Source: Methanopyrus kandleri AV19
Lineage (GTDB): Archaea > JAADCQ01 > Methanopyri > Methanopyrales > Methanopyraceae
Length of the DNA stretch: 32,000 nt
NCBI RefSeq assembly: GCF_000007185.1
Contig: NC_003551.1
Location: forward strand, 1,140,001-1,172,000
Direction: 5' to 3'
Positions 18,934 through 28,688 of the stretch are shown here, one piece after another. A program made the position numbers and the translations under genes. How positions within the stretch are numbered: position 1 is the first letter of the stretch; every line of letters starts with the position of its first letter. The notes under the pieces were generated by a model. The model was not told where the DNA came from and made no database searches. It saw only the letters and a list, made by a program, of their open reading frames with translations.

Positions 18934-19124
18934 AGGCGAAACCCACGACCCCCGAGGTCCCGGTTCTCCCCGGTGTTCGCGCGTCGCCGGGACCGTCGGG
19001 GGCGACCCTTTATCCATCCCGTTCGGAACCGTGCACCGGGCTCCGGCGCCACTCGGCTGAAACCGGCGCGACTATAACTTTGCGCCACGATTGTACGCGT
19101 TCCAGCGCATAGGGGGGCGCGTGC

Positions 19125-19367
19125 TTGGATCTCGACCTGACCGCACTGTTCGGCAAGAAAAAGGTGATCGTCTACCACTACCACGGTCATCCAGGGTACG
19201 GGTACCATCTCTACGGACACAAGACCGGCCTGCTGGGAAGCCTGCTGAAGCTGGGACTCCTGGCGATCATCGCCGTGGGCCTGCTGGTCCTACTGCTGAT
19301 TGCCCTGGGTCTGTACCTGCTACTGAGGCTCCTGCGAGGGCGCCGAGAACGCCCGCCCGCGACGTAG
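19125..19367 (+). CDS. Small membrane protein with His/Tyr-rich N-terminal segment
   Basis: KKKVIVYHYHGHPGYGYHLYGHKTG followed by a long TM LLKLGLLAIIAVGLLVLLLIALGLYLLLRLL. Confidence 0.5.
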   Translation: MDLDLTALFGKKKVIVYHYHGHPGYGYHLYGHKTGLLGSLLKLGLLAIIAVGLLVLLLIALGLYLLLRLLRGRRERPPAT

Positions 19368-19714
19368 CCGCTCCCGAACCGACGTCGAGTTTGACTCCCA
19401 CGCGTCGGAGAACTCACGCCGATGTAAGCCCTCCTCCGCCCGTACGCTCCGGCCCCGGACCTCGGGATCTCCGGGGCTCGGTCACACGTGCACCCGTGGA
19501 GGCGCTGGTATTCACGGGGAGGATCGAACGAAATCAAAGGAGTTGAAACGAGGGCCCTGGGGACTCCACGGCGGAGAGTTTTCCGATACCGGCTCGGTCG
19601 GACGGGAACACCGTGGGGGTCCCGGGAAACGGCTCCCCGAACCCGGAAGCCGGTGACGGCGGGATCGCATCCGTTACTGTTCACATGGTTTCGGAGGGGG
19701 TGCAAGGGGCGTGC

Positions 19715-19960
19715 TCACTCGCGCTTCAGCTCGGTCTTGAGGTCCCTGTAATCCCGTTTCAGCTCCCGCACCACGTCAGCCGGTCGCAGACCCAGCAGGC
19801 GCAGCACCACGTACACCATCAGTCCCAGTACGGCCAGACCGACGGCCAGCTTCAGGACCGCGAGCACCGGCCACAGCATCCATCCGAACCCCATCATCGG
19901 TCCGCCGTAACCGCACATGGGGCACCCCATAGGACCGAACATGGGACCGAACGGCGGCAT
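19715..19960 (-). CDS. Small membrane protein with Met/Cys/Gly-rich N-terminus
   Basis: MPPFGPMFGPMGCPMCGYGGPMMGFGWM followed by a TM and a charged tail. Confidence 0.6.
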   Translation of the reverse strand: MPPFGPMFGPMGCPMCGYGGPMMGFGWMLWPVLAVLKLAVGLAVLGLMVYVVLRLLGLRPADVVRELKRDYRDLKTELKRE

Positions 19961-20084
19961 CCGAGCTCACCCCGTCCGTCCTAACGTTCGATGGTGTTCG
20001 GAAGTGTTAATAATACTATCCCGAAACGCCGACCCGTCGCAGGTCCCCACGGGTCCCCGTCCGTCGGGCACCGTGCGGGACGTC

Positions 20085-21422
20085 TCACGATCCTCCCGTG
20101 TGTGGGATGTTTCCACCGGTTCCGTCGCGGCTCACCCGAAGCTTCCAGGCACGTCGCGAGAGCTCGGCCGCCCGTTCAATCCTCCGAAGCACGATCACCG
20201 CGTGGAAGAGGAACGTAGCCACGATCGTCAACGCCGCGGGTACGGCGCCCACCAGGACCAACAGGAGCACCGAGGTTCCCGCTCCGATCAGGACGACCTC
20301 GGGTACCAGAATCCCGTCGTTCAGCAGGGCCGCCGTGTACCCCACGGGATCGCGTCGGTAATGCGACACCGCGCGCACGGAGGGGGCCATCGTGGCGACG
20401 GCTCCCAACGCCAGGGCGATCGCGAGGCGCGGACAGTGGACCCTCGGCAGGGGCAGGTAAAGTATCCCGATCACCGGGGCGAGCAGGCCCGTGAGGAGGG
20501 CGTTATACTCCAGGAAGGTCAGGGTCGCGTGCTTGATCCTGGATTTCGGGACCGGAACCGAGTCCACCCTGCGGGCGATCGCCCAGTAGACGGCGCTCAC
20601 GGTTGCGCCCGGACCGAAGTAGATCGCGGCCGCGATCGTCGCGGCCGCCCACAGGCTGACCTTGAGCGCCTTGGCTACCTTGACGAGGATCCAGTGGATC
20701 AGTTTCCCGAGATAGTCGCGCCCGGACGGCGATGTCTTGGCGCCCTTCCTCATCGCGAGTATCGGAGTTACGGTGGGGAGGATCGCCGTGACGGCCACCA
20801 TCTCGGGTGATGGCGGCTTCTTGCCCAGGCCTTTGCACTCCATCCACGCCTCGAGCACGCGGTCGTGGAACTCCTCCAACCTAGGGTCCCCGGGCGAGTA
20901 GAGGGGCACCCGGAGCCAGCGCCACCTGGCGAACACGGTCCCACCTACGACCTCGAGGATCGGGAGCTCGCCGAGCTCGCGTACCGCCTCCACGACGGCG
21001 TCCCCGGGGCTCCCTTTCTTATGCGCCAGTAGGATGCGCAGACCGTGTCTGAGCCGGTCGGAGTCGAAGGGCATGGGAACGCGCTCGAGGTCCTTCGTCA
21101 GCACGACCACGCCGCTCTCGCGCTCCTCGACGTCGAGGATGTCCTCTACGGGGATCCTCCTGGTCCCGCCGGGTCCCTTCAAGATCACGGCGTCCGGGGT
21201 TAGCTCGACTTGGTTACCCAGATAGCGGCGGAAGACTAAGGTGCCGACACCCAAGAGTATCGCGGTGACCGCCAACGCGAGCAACGCCGGGAAGAGCCCG
21301 CGCGGGAGGATCAAGTACAGGCAAACCGCGGTCGCGATCCCGGCACCCGCGACGGGTACGTAGACCCTCTTCGGGTCCTCGAGCTCGGGCGGACGGAGCG
21401 GCTCGGTCACACCCGCCCCCAT
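20085..21422 (-). CDS. Membrane protein with N-terminal TM pair and PH-like region
   Basis: 445-aa ORF; YLGNQVELTPDAVILKGPGGTRRIPVEDILDVEE fits a bacterial PH-like strand pattern; multiple C-terminal TMs. Confidence 0.7.
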   Translation of the reverse strand: MGAGVTEPLRPPELEDPKRVYVPVAGAGIATAVCLYLILPRGLFPALLALAVTAILLGVGTLVFRRYLGNQVELTPDAVILKGPGGTRRIPVEDILDVEERESGVVVLTKDLERVPMPFDSDRLRHGLRILLAHKKGSPGDAVVEAVRELGELPILEVVGGTVFARWRWLRVPLYSPGDPRLEEFHDRVLEAWMECKGLGKKPPSPEMVAVTAILPTVTPILAMRKGAKTSPSGRDYLGKLIHWILVKVAKALKVSLWAAATIAAAIYFGPGATVSAVYWAIARRVDSVPVPKSRIKHATLTFLEYNALLTGLLAPVIGILYLPLPRVHCPRLAIALALGAVATMAPSVRAVSHYRRDPVGYTAALLNDGILVPEVVLIGAGTSVLLLVLVGAVPAALTIVATFLFHAVIVLRRIERAAELSRRAWKLRVSRDGTGGNIPHTGGS

Positions 21423-21702
21423 CCCGAAGGTGTCGGCGCGCGCCGAAAACGTTTCGGAACGTCACAACCAGACCCCGTGCCCGCGCAGGTGTTAAGCGCG
21501 ACCGCCCGGGAACCTCCTGAGGGGATGGAGCCCGGGTCGTCCCGGCGGGCCTGAGGGCGGGGTGGCCCCCGCCACCGTGAGGGGCCCGCTGATGAGCCCG
21601 GGTACACCGTCCCCTCCAAACGACACCCTCCAGAGCGCCACGAACCCATCCTCGCCCGGACCGGTCCCGTACGCTCGAACCCCGTTCCGTCCGGACCTCG
21701 GA

Positions 21703-22374
21703 TTAGCACGGCGCGAAAGCCGCCATCGGTTCCAGTCGGAGGATCTCGCGGGCGAACGTACCCACGTACGCGTCGAACGGATGTAGGAGCCGATGGTACA
21801 CACGCTCATGGATCGTCCAGTACACCTTCTCGAGCCCCGGGATACGGTCCAGTCCCAGCGTGTGGAACTCGCTCGGGCATGCTAGGATCACGAGGCACAG
21901 GAGAAGTACCGTCGCCGGCGGTAGCACCGCGTCCCACTTGTCCGAGGGGACGGGTGTTAGTCTCAGGTTCCATACCCTCCATCTACCACCGTCCCGACGG
22001 ACCAGGAGCGGGACCCCGCGCACCGTGAGCGCGTCTTCCAAACAGTGCAAGCACCCGCCCAGGAGGACCGCGGCTAGACCCGTGTGTCCGACCCACCAAG
22101 CGAGAAAGGCTCCGAGCGCCCATGGTACGGGCCAGTGTAGGATCCCGCGGTGTCCGACGACCGTGTTGATCAGGCGACGAAGCGGTAACAGTGTGGCTTT
22201 CTCAAGGGGTACGAGGGCTCGGGAAGCCACGGAGCTGGGATGATCGAGATCGGGCAGCAGGCTCCCGAGAGCGGCTGCGAGCGCGTGCTTCGGATCCCAG
22301 AGGTATGCGACGATCACGTAGGTGAGCAGGAGGTGAGTCCGATAACGCAAGAACCTCACCCTTGAAGTCTCCAT
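21703..22374 (-). CDS. DUF457/YdjM-like membrane-bound putative metal-dependent hydrolase
   Basis: Characteristic GSLLPDLDHPSS and GHRGILHWP motifs in a multi-TM ORF. Confidence 0.8.
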   Translation of the reverse strand: METSRVRFLRYRTHLLLTYVIVAYLWDPKHALAAALGSLLPDLDHPSSVASRALVPLEKATLLPLRRLINTVVGHRGILHWPVPWALGAFLAWWVGHTGLAAVLLGGCLHCLEDALTVRGVPLLVRRDGGRWRVWNLRLTPVPSDKWDAVLPPATVLLLCLVILACPSEFHTLGLDRIPGLEKVYWTIHERVYHRLLHPFDAYVGTFAREILRLEPMAAFAPC

Positions 22375-22475
22375 CGCGTCTCGGGGGCGTTTCGACGCCG
22401 GCCCTCGGGAGCCGACGTCGTTAACGTTAACTCCGGGACACTCCGGCGTGACGACCCCCAGTCCCGGAGTGGGCC

Positions 22476-23432
22476 GTGCACACGGTCGACCTCGGGAGGG
22501 TTCTCGACGACCGAAACCCCCTTTATGTTTCGAAGTTAGGGTTCGTTCGGGGAAACCGGTTGGTAGCCCACCGGGGCCGTCTCTTCGTAGAAACCGACGG
22601 GAAGCTTCTGGGTTCCTGTGAGGCCTCGTTGATCGTCACCGAGGAGAACGTCGTCGTGGTCCCACGGGAGCCGATCGAGGGTGTCGACACCTCGGATCTC
22701 GTCGTCGAGTCCGTGGCATCGCGGTTCGACTCGGCCGAGCTCGAGGAGGGTAACTTCACGCCGCCCAGGTCCAGGGTGGTCATGACCCCACCCACGGCCG
22801 CCTCGATGATCGACCTCGGACTCGCCCTGAAGCGGTTCGAGGTCGACGGCGTTACCGTCCTGACGGTCGTCGGTCCCGCCCCGGCGTACCCGTTCGAGCG
22901 CAGGATCCTGGCTCCCGAGGGTGAGATGACGCTGCGGTTCGAGCCGAAGGATCCCGTGGCGGCGGAGGGGAGCCTGCGGGCCGCCGCGCGCGCCGCGGTG
23001 GAGGGGACCGTCGGGGAGACCGTCGGAAGGAGTAAGGCGGTGCGACTCTGCAAGGTCCTGGTCGAGCTGAACCAGACCGTAGGACACGGCACGCTCAGGC
23101 TCGTACCGCGGGACGAGAACGTCCTCCTCGTACTCCAGCCCGAGGAGGACATCGCCGAGGAGTTCAAGGACGCCGTGGGTAAGTCACAGATCGGCATCGC
23201 GCTGACACCACCCGAACTCTCCGCGGTGTTCTCCGGCAAGGCGGTCGTGAAGCACGGGAAGGAGGACACCGTCCACGTGCTCGACGCGCGTAAGACGATC
23301 GAGTTCCGGGCGGAGGGGAAGGGATGGGCGCTGAGGGCCGTCCCGACGGACGTGATCGCGGGCAGCACCGCGCGGGTACTACTGCGGACCGCGGCCGAGC
23401 TGATCGTGCACGAGGGTCTCCGACCCGAGTAA
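22476..23432 (+). CDS. Soluble protein of unknown function
   Basis: 318-aa ORF with consistent soluble composition; the only plausible coding frame in the interval. Confidence 0.7.
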   Translation: MHTVDLGRVLDDRNPLYVSKLGFVRGNRLVAHRGRLFVETDGKLLGSCEASLIVTEENVVVVPREPIEGVDTSDLVVESVASRFDSAELEEGNFTPPRSRVVMTPPTAASMIDLGLALKRFEVDGVTVLTVVGPAPAYPFERRILAPEGEMTLRFEPKDPVAAEGSLRAAARAAVEGTVGETVGRSKAVRLCKVLVELNQTVGHGTLRLVPRDENVLLVLQPEEDIAEEFKDAVGKSQIGIALTPPELSAVFSGKAVVKHGKEDTVHVLDARKTIEFRAEGKGWALRAVPTDVIAGSTARVLLRTAAELIVHEGLRPE

Positions 23433-23539
23433 CCGATACCCCCGTCGCCCCACGCCGTACGGGATGCGACGGTCGCCGGGTCTTCTCCCTGGGAAAAGAG
23501 GTGATAAGGGTGGACCTCGAGCCCTCTCGGGGGAACCGG

Positions 23540-24262
23540 ATGCGGTCCTTTCCCCTCCTACCGGTGGCGCTTGTGCTACTACCCGCGGCGGCCCATGCGG
23601 GCAAAATCTCGGTCACGGTCTACCCGGAAAGCGTGAACGTCCAGGGGAACGCGTTGGGGATCCACGAGCGGCTGGAGAAGGAACTCGACCTGATCGTGAC
23701 CGTCACCGACCTGGGCACGGGAGCCGTCTACGACATGAAGTTCAATCCGCTCGAGCCATCGAGTCCCGCCGGTCTGGACGTGACGGGCCCGGTGACGGTC
23801 ATCGCGACGGTCAGGTATGCCAGAAACATCGTGACCAGGTTCAACGTCTGGCCCGAGGGTGCGAGCTCCTTCTCGAGCGTCGACGTCCCCGAGGGTCGAC
23901 TCGAGACGACGGTGAACCACCCTCGGATCTCGGTACCCTCGACGGGTACGTTCGACGTCGAGTGCCCCATCACGATGTCCCTGCGCACCGACAAGGGAAC
24001 GGTTACGGTCAAGCTGTTGCTCCACGTCTCCGGGATCGATGTGAAAGGGGTGAAAGCCGAGAGAAAGGGGGTCTTACCCGAGTTACCGTCGGTGGTGAGA
24101 CTTATCCCCGTGGCCGTCGCGTTGGCACCTATGGTCGTGATTCCAGGCTTCATCCTCATCGACTTGACGCTGAACGTCCTTAACGGACTGAAGTCGACTC
24201 TGGGACCCGTGCTCGACCACCTGTTCGGAGTCCTCGGAGGACTTCTGCCTCGGCCCGGGTAG
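23540..24262 (+). CDS. Secreted beta-rich protein with C-terminal TM
   Basis: Signal peptide MRSFPLLPVALVLLPAAAHAGK, beta-rich body, hydrophobic C-terminus (LIPVAVALAPMVVIPGFILIDL). GTG at 23510 is an alternative start. Confidence 0.65.
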   Translation: MRSFPLLPVALVLLPAAAHAGKISVTVYPESVNVQGNALGIHERLEKELDLIVTVTDLGTGAVYDMKFNPLEPSSPAGLDVTGPVTVIATVRYARNIVTRFNVWPEGASSFSSVDVPEGRLETTVNHPRISVPSTGTFDVECPITMSLRTDKGTVTVKLLLHVSGIDVKGVKAERKGVLPELPSVVRLIPVAVALAPMVVIPGFILIDLTLNVLNGLKSTLGPVLDHLFGVLGGLLPRPG

Positions 24263-24613
24263 CGGTGATACGCTCCGACGCTGCACCCCTCGAACACTTC
24301 CACCGGGCCGATGAGGAACCTACCCCGAGGCCGAACCGTGACGAGGGACGGGGTGTCCGAGGCCCGCCGTCTCGACGGCCGCGATAATCCGACCGCGTCC
24401 CTCGGGACCGTCCCGTTCCGGTTCCCGTGCGAGCCCGCGATCCGGAGGCGTCACCGACGTACCGTCCGGACGCCCTTAACGCGCCGCGTACTCGACTTCG
24501 GGTCGACACCGTGTCACGCGAGCCCCCAACACCTATCGGGCTTAGTCAACGGATAGCGGCCCGGTCGTGCCCGCGACGACCGGCACGATCCGGGCAATCG
24601 CGGGGAGAACTCG

Positions 24614-25204
24614 ATGTCCGAAACTCCCGAGGTCCACATAGTACTGATCCCTCCCCCGGACATCACCTGGCTCCTCCAGGAGTGGAAGGTGTGTGAGTTG
24701 GCGCTAGAGGTGTTCCGCGGCTTGTTCGCGGGCCGGATTCGTACGAGACCGCTGGTCGAAACCTTACGCGAGTTGGGCGCGATCGAGGAAGAACCGGACC
24801 GGGAGAGCCCACCTGGTGTCCTGACCCGTGTCGAGAAACCCGGTCACGCCGTCGTCCTGGACGTCCCCGGGTTCGGTTGCACGATCCTCGAGGCCGAGCT
24901 CGAGAGCTCGGGATTCGAGGTGCGACGTGCCCGGCCGGAGGACCTCCGGCGGGAGACCAGGAGACTCGCCCGTCCGGAGAGCATCCTAGTCCTCGCCCTC
25001 CCGGTCGCCCTGGCGCTCTCCTCGGTCGCCGCGGAGCTCCTTCACGAGGCGCATCAGGCCCTGACGGATCGGATGGATACCCTCAACGGGGATGCGGACG
25101 GGTCGGAGTCCGCGGGCTGGACGCTCGTCTCGACCTGGCATCCCGCACTGGACGTCACGACCCTCCTCGACGAGACGGTATCGCGGGACTCGTGGGGACT
25201 CTAA
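24614..25204 (+). CDS. Protein of unknown function with one internal hydrophobic segment
   Basis: 196-aa ORF starting ATGTCCGAAACTCCC. Confidence 0.6.
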   Translation: MSETPEVHIVLIPPPDITWLLQEWKVCELALEVFRGLFAGRIRTRPLVETLRELGAIEEEPDRESPPGVLTRVEKPGHAVVLDVPGFGCTILEAELESSGFEVRRARPEDLRRETRRLARPESILVLALPVALALSSVAAELLHEAHQALTDRMDTLNGDADGSESAGWTLVSTWHPALDVTTLLDETVSRDSWGL

Positions 25205-25551
25205 GCGGAGTCGACTGGCACGTAGTCGATCGTGTGCGAGGGGAACTCGTAGAGATGATCTGTGGGCGGTCGGTGACCCCCACCGTCGTCACAGATCCGC
25301 GAGCGCCAGGTTGAACCCTCATCCCGCCACCGATCCGAACCGATCACACCGTCTCGAAAAATACCTCCGGTGGGCCCGCTCGTCCCGGGCTCGAGCTCGG
25401 ACGGGTGCGGTATCCTTGCCGATCGGAGGTCGGCGGTGCGCGACGAGACCGCGGGCACAGACCGAAGCCCTCGAGAGGCTCGGGCCATCGTCGCTCCCTG
25501 TACTCTCCGGAATGACCGAAAGACGGAAAGTCCACACCGGCCGGACTTCCC

Positions 25552-26187
25552 GTGGAGTTACATGAGCGTCACCTAGCACCGAGCACGACGGGGCCGGTGA
25601 CCTTGTACGGGGTACCGATTCCGGTGCTCATCGCGATGCCGTTCTACCTCGCGGCGGTGGGTCGGGGGGTACTGGCCCTCAAGTGGGCGTGGCGCGCCGG
25701 TAACACCGTCCGAACGGCCTCCATCGTGGCGTCATTCGCAGTTCTGACTCTTCTCTACCTCTCCGTACCGACGGTCACGGTCGCGGCGATCACGCTACTG
25801 GTCTCGACCGTGCTCTTCTACCTCTTCAACACCTTCATCCCGCGGTACGATCGCTTCTACGTCGAGTACCGAAGACGCTGGGGGTACGACGAGGCCCCCA
25901 AGCACGAGGTGCTGGAGCTCGCCCGAGAGTGTCGTCTCGACGTGCTCCCACCGGCCCTCAAGCTGCTGAACGGAACCGCGTACCTCGCCGCCTACAACGA
26001 ACGGGACAATCCGAACGGATGGGATCCGATAGACAGGTTCCATCGGCTCCTCTTGGCGTTCGAGGAGGGTTCGTGGAAGGGTGGCTACGTCGGACCGAAC
26101 GCCTGGCGGATCGTGCGTGGGGTCGCCGAGTTGTCCCTCGACCACCCTGAGGTGGAGCTCGCCCGCCGACTCGAGGAGGGCGAGTGA
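25552..26187 (+). CDS. Membrane protein of unknown function
   Basis: 211-aa ORF with TM segments in the N-terminal half and a soluble C-terminal half. Confidence 0.65.
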   Translation: MELHERHLAPSTTGPVTLYGVPIPVLIAMPFYLAAVGRGVLALKWAWRAGNTVRTASIVASFAVLTLLYLSVPTVTVAAITLLVSTVLFYLFNTFIPRYDRFYVEYRRRWGYDEAPKHEVLELARECRLDVLPPALKLLNGTAYLAAYNERDNPNGWDPIDRFHRLLLAFEEGSWKGGYVGPNAWRIVRGVAELSLDHPEVELARRLEEGE

Positions 26188-26629
26188 ACGCGCCCTCCTC
26201 ACGGATCCCTACACCCCCTTAGCCCGGAGTGAACGTTACGATCCGACGCAGGAACTGAGATCGGCCTGTGTGATTTGAGAGTGGGGACCTAGCGAGAATC
26301 CGCACGCCTGCATACGGCTCAGGCACCGTCGTCGAAGAGATCGCACGAAATCTCGGACGGCGGCTCGACGACAGTGACGTGGTTCCGATCACGTACGAGT
26401 TACCCACTTTACTCACACTCACGCACGGATCACGCTCGCGTCGAACGATTCAGAAACCACATCTTAATTTTACGATACATGTTTCCAAATTCGGAAACAC
26501 CTAAAGCCCCAGGAACCACGGGAACTACAGCGGGTACCGACGGTCCGGCCGATGAGGACCCGTCCGGACCGAACCCGGTGAGGAGGGGCTAGGGTCCCGA
26601 GGCAGTATTCATCGACGGGCCCCGATCGT

Positions 26630-27758
26630 TCAGGTCGGGACTCCGTAGGTCTGACGGTCCCGGCGGGAGGACCCGTTCGTTACGGATTTCACAACGATTC
26701 TCCATGAGGTGGACGCCCACCTTAGTCTCCTCGGTACGATCACCGGCGGTACGACCATAGGGAACGTCCTCAGGACCACCTCCAGGAGATCGATCAGCGT
26801 GACCTCACCCGCAGGACCCTCATCCTCGGACGTCTCACCTTCGGCCGAGGTGGATGTCGCGCTCGGTACTTCACCCTCGGCGCCGACAGGACGCCCGGAG
26901 ACTGTTTCGCCGATCGTGGCTCGCTCGGAGTGTCGTACGTGGTGAGCGCCTTTCGAGATGAGCCCGCCCTCTCCCGGAGTGAGCTCGGTGGAGGTCTCGG
27001 CAACAGTCTCGGACGCTTGAACCGGAGTCACCGGGAGTTGGGATGATCCCTCGGGCCCCTTGAGCGACTCCCGGACGGTGGAAAGTCGCTCCTCCGGGGG
27101 TTGATGCGCGTTGTTCCCCCGTGATCGTGTTCCTCTCGGTGATGCTCGTACTCGTCGTGATCACGGACGTGCTCTCGCCCGCTCATCACCTTCACCACGG
27201 ACCCGTACCACCTCACCTCCTGGCCGTCCAGATAGAGGTGAATCCCGACATCGTGGGATCCAGGTGACAGCTCTACGGGTCCGAACCAGTCCGTGATCCG
27301 CGCGCCCTTATCGGCGCTGTACGCCTTGGAAAGAGCCTCATCGTCGACCCTCACGACCACGGTGATCGTGCCCGGATCCTTGGAGATTACGCTCATGTAC
27401 ACGTAGAGCTCATTGGCGGCCTCTTAGGGAAGCTCGACCTCGGGTCGGATCTCGCCGTCTCGGACCAGGTACCAGTTTCCGGCTTCCAGTCCCCCTGTCC
27501 GTAGACGACGTCGACGTCACCTTCCCGACGGGGCAGCTGGTAAGACTTCACGCCCTTGATCGTGGCTTCGGGCGGTAGGTACAGGGTCACACGGTGGGAC
27601 TTGGTCACGTCGTCACTGTCGGCGTACACCATGTAGACGACGTCGACGTGGTCGGCGGAGATCCCCGTGACGAAGGCCTCTACTCCGAGGTATCCTGAGG
27701 CGGGGGAAGCGGTGGCGACTACGGCGATGAGGAGTGGGAGGTACTTCGGAACCGACAC
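26630..27758 (-). pseudogene. Disrupted gene for a secreted protein with a His/Glu/Asp-rich linker
   Basis: Signal peptide (VPKYLPLLIAVVATASPASG, GTG at 27758) in one frame, then GNWYLVRDGEIRPEVELP*EAANELYVYMSVISKDPG... in a second frame with an in-frame TAA (27424..27426), then PPEERLSTVRESLKGPEGSS...ETVAETSTELTPGEGG in a third. Breaks coincide with C5 runs at 27491..27495 and 27116..27120 (plus strand). Confidence 0.5.
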
Positions 27759-27895
27759 GGGCCTCCCTGCCCCGCACAACTTATCTTTAAGATATCCACA
27801 TTTATCTTTCGGGACGTATACGCGGGGGTCTCGTGTTACGAACGGTACGTAAATTGGGAACATGTCATGAGCGGCGGGGCCTCCCCCGTATCCGA

Positions 27896-28330
27896 CTAGT
27901 CGGAGACCAACCACTGGACGCAAGACCCGGGCTCCGTCTCACCGGACAGCGGTGTGGCCTCGGGTCTCGGCCGTACGTCCCATCCCTTCCGTTTCGCGAG
28001 CTCGTCGAACAGCAGTATGAACGGACACGGCGGGACTTGGCGTATCGTCTCGAGTTCCTCAGGATCCGCCACGTCGCGAATCAAGCTCGAGTAACACAGG
28101 CGACAGCCCTTCACCCGCAGCTCGTCTCCCTCCAACTCCACCTCCGCGAACGGTTCCAGCAGCTCGATCAGCGCCTCCCGCGGATCGTCGGGGAGATCCT
28201 CCTCGAGCAACTCCGCCATTATCCTCGCCATGACCCGACGGGCCGCGTTCCCACGCTCTCCGAACAGCCTCACCGTGGCCACGGCCATCGCGCACTCCAT
28301 GGCCCTCACGAACTCCCATTCGACAGTCAT
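27896..28330 (-). CDS. Possible V4R-like cysteine-containing small protein
   Basis: MTVEWEFVRAMECAMAVATVRLFGERGNAARRVMARIM...ELEGDELRVKGCRLCYSSL...VPPCPFILLFDELA; layout parallels 14529..14958. ORF open to 28381. Confidence 0.55.
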   Translation of the reverse strand: MTVEWEFVRAMECAMAVATVRLFGERGNAARRVMARIMAELLEEDLPDDPREALIELLEPFAEVELEGDELRVKGCRLCYSSLIRDVADPEELETIRQVPPCPFILLFDELAKRKGWDVRPRPEATPLSGETEPGSCVQWLVSD

Positions 28331-28688
28331 CGAACTCCCTGCCCGGACGTTGACGATCCGATTTAAGCCGTTGTGGTACACGGCGACCCGTACGCTACGG
28401 GCGAGGATCTCGGCTCCGGAATCGCCGGACGTCCCGATCTTTCCGATCTCTCGTTCGATTTCGATCTAATCACGACGCGGGCCGACTCCCCGAGTATCCA
28501 CGTAACCGGTTACCGCGCCGTCCGCGTCCTTCGTCCCGACGATCGAAACGACCCGTAGCCGAACGGCGAGTTCGTAACACTGATGCATCCTAAAGATCCC
28601 GCCATATGCAATACTAATTGGAAAAGTTTATCATTGAGTATTATTAGGTTCGCCAAATAGTATTCAACGTTGTTAAGGGGGCGACGGA

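Noticed and set aside
19917-20810. 297-aa plus-strand ORF
   Set aside because: Antisense to the membrane gene 20085..21422 and compositionally a shadow ORF.
22523-23368. 281-aa minus-strand ORF
   Set aside because: Ser/Thr-rich shadow of the plus-strand gene 22476..23432.
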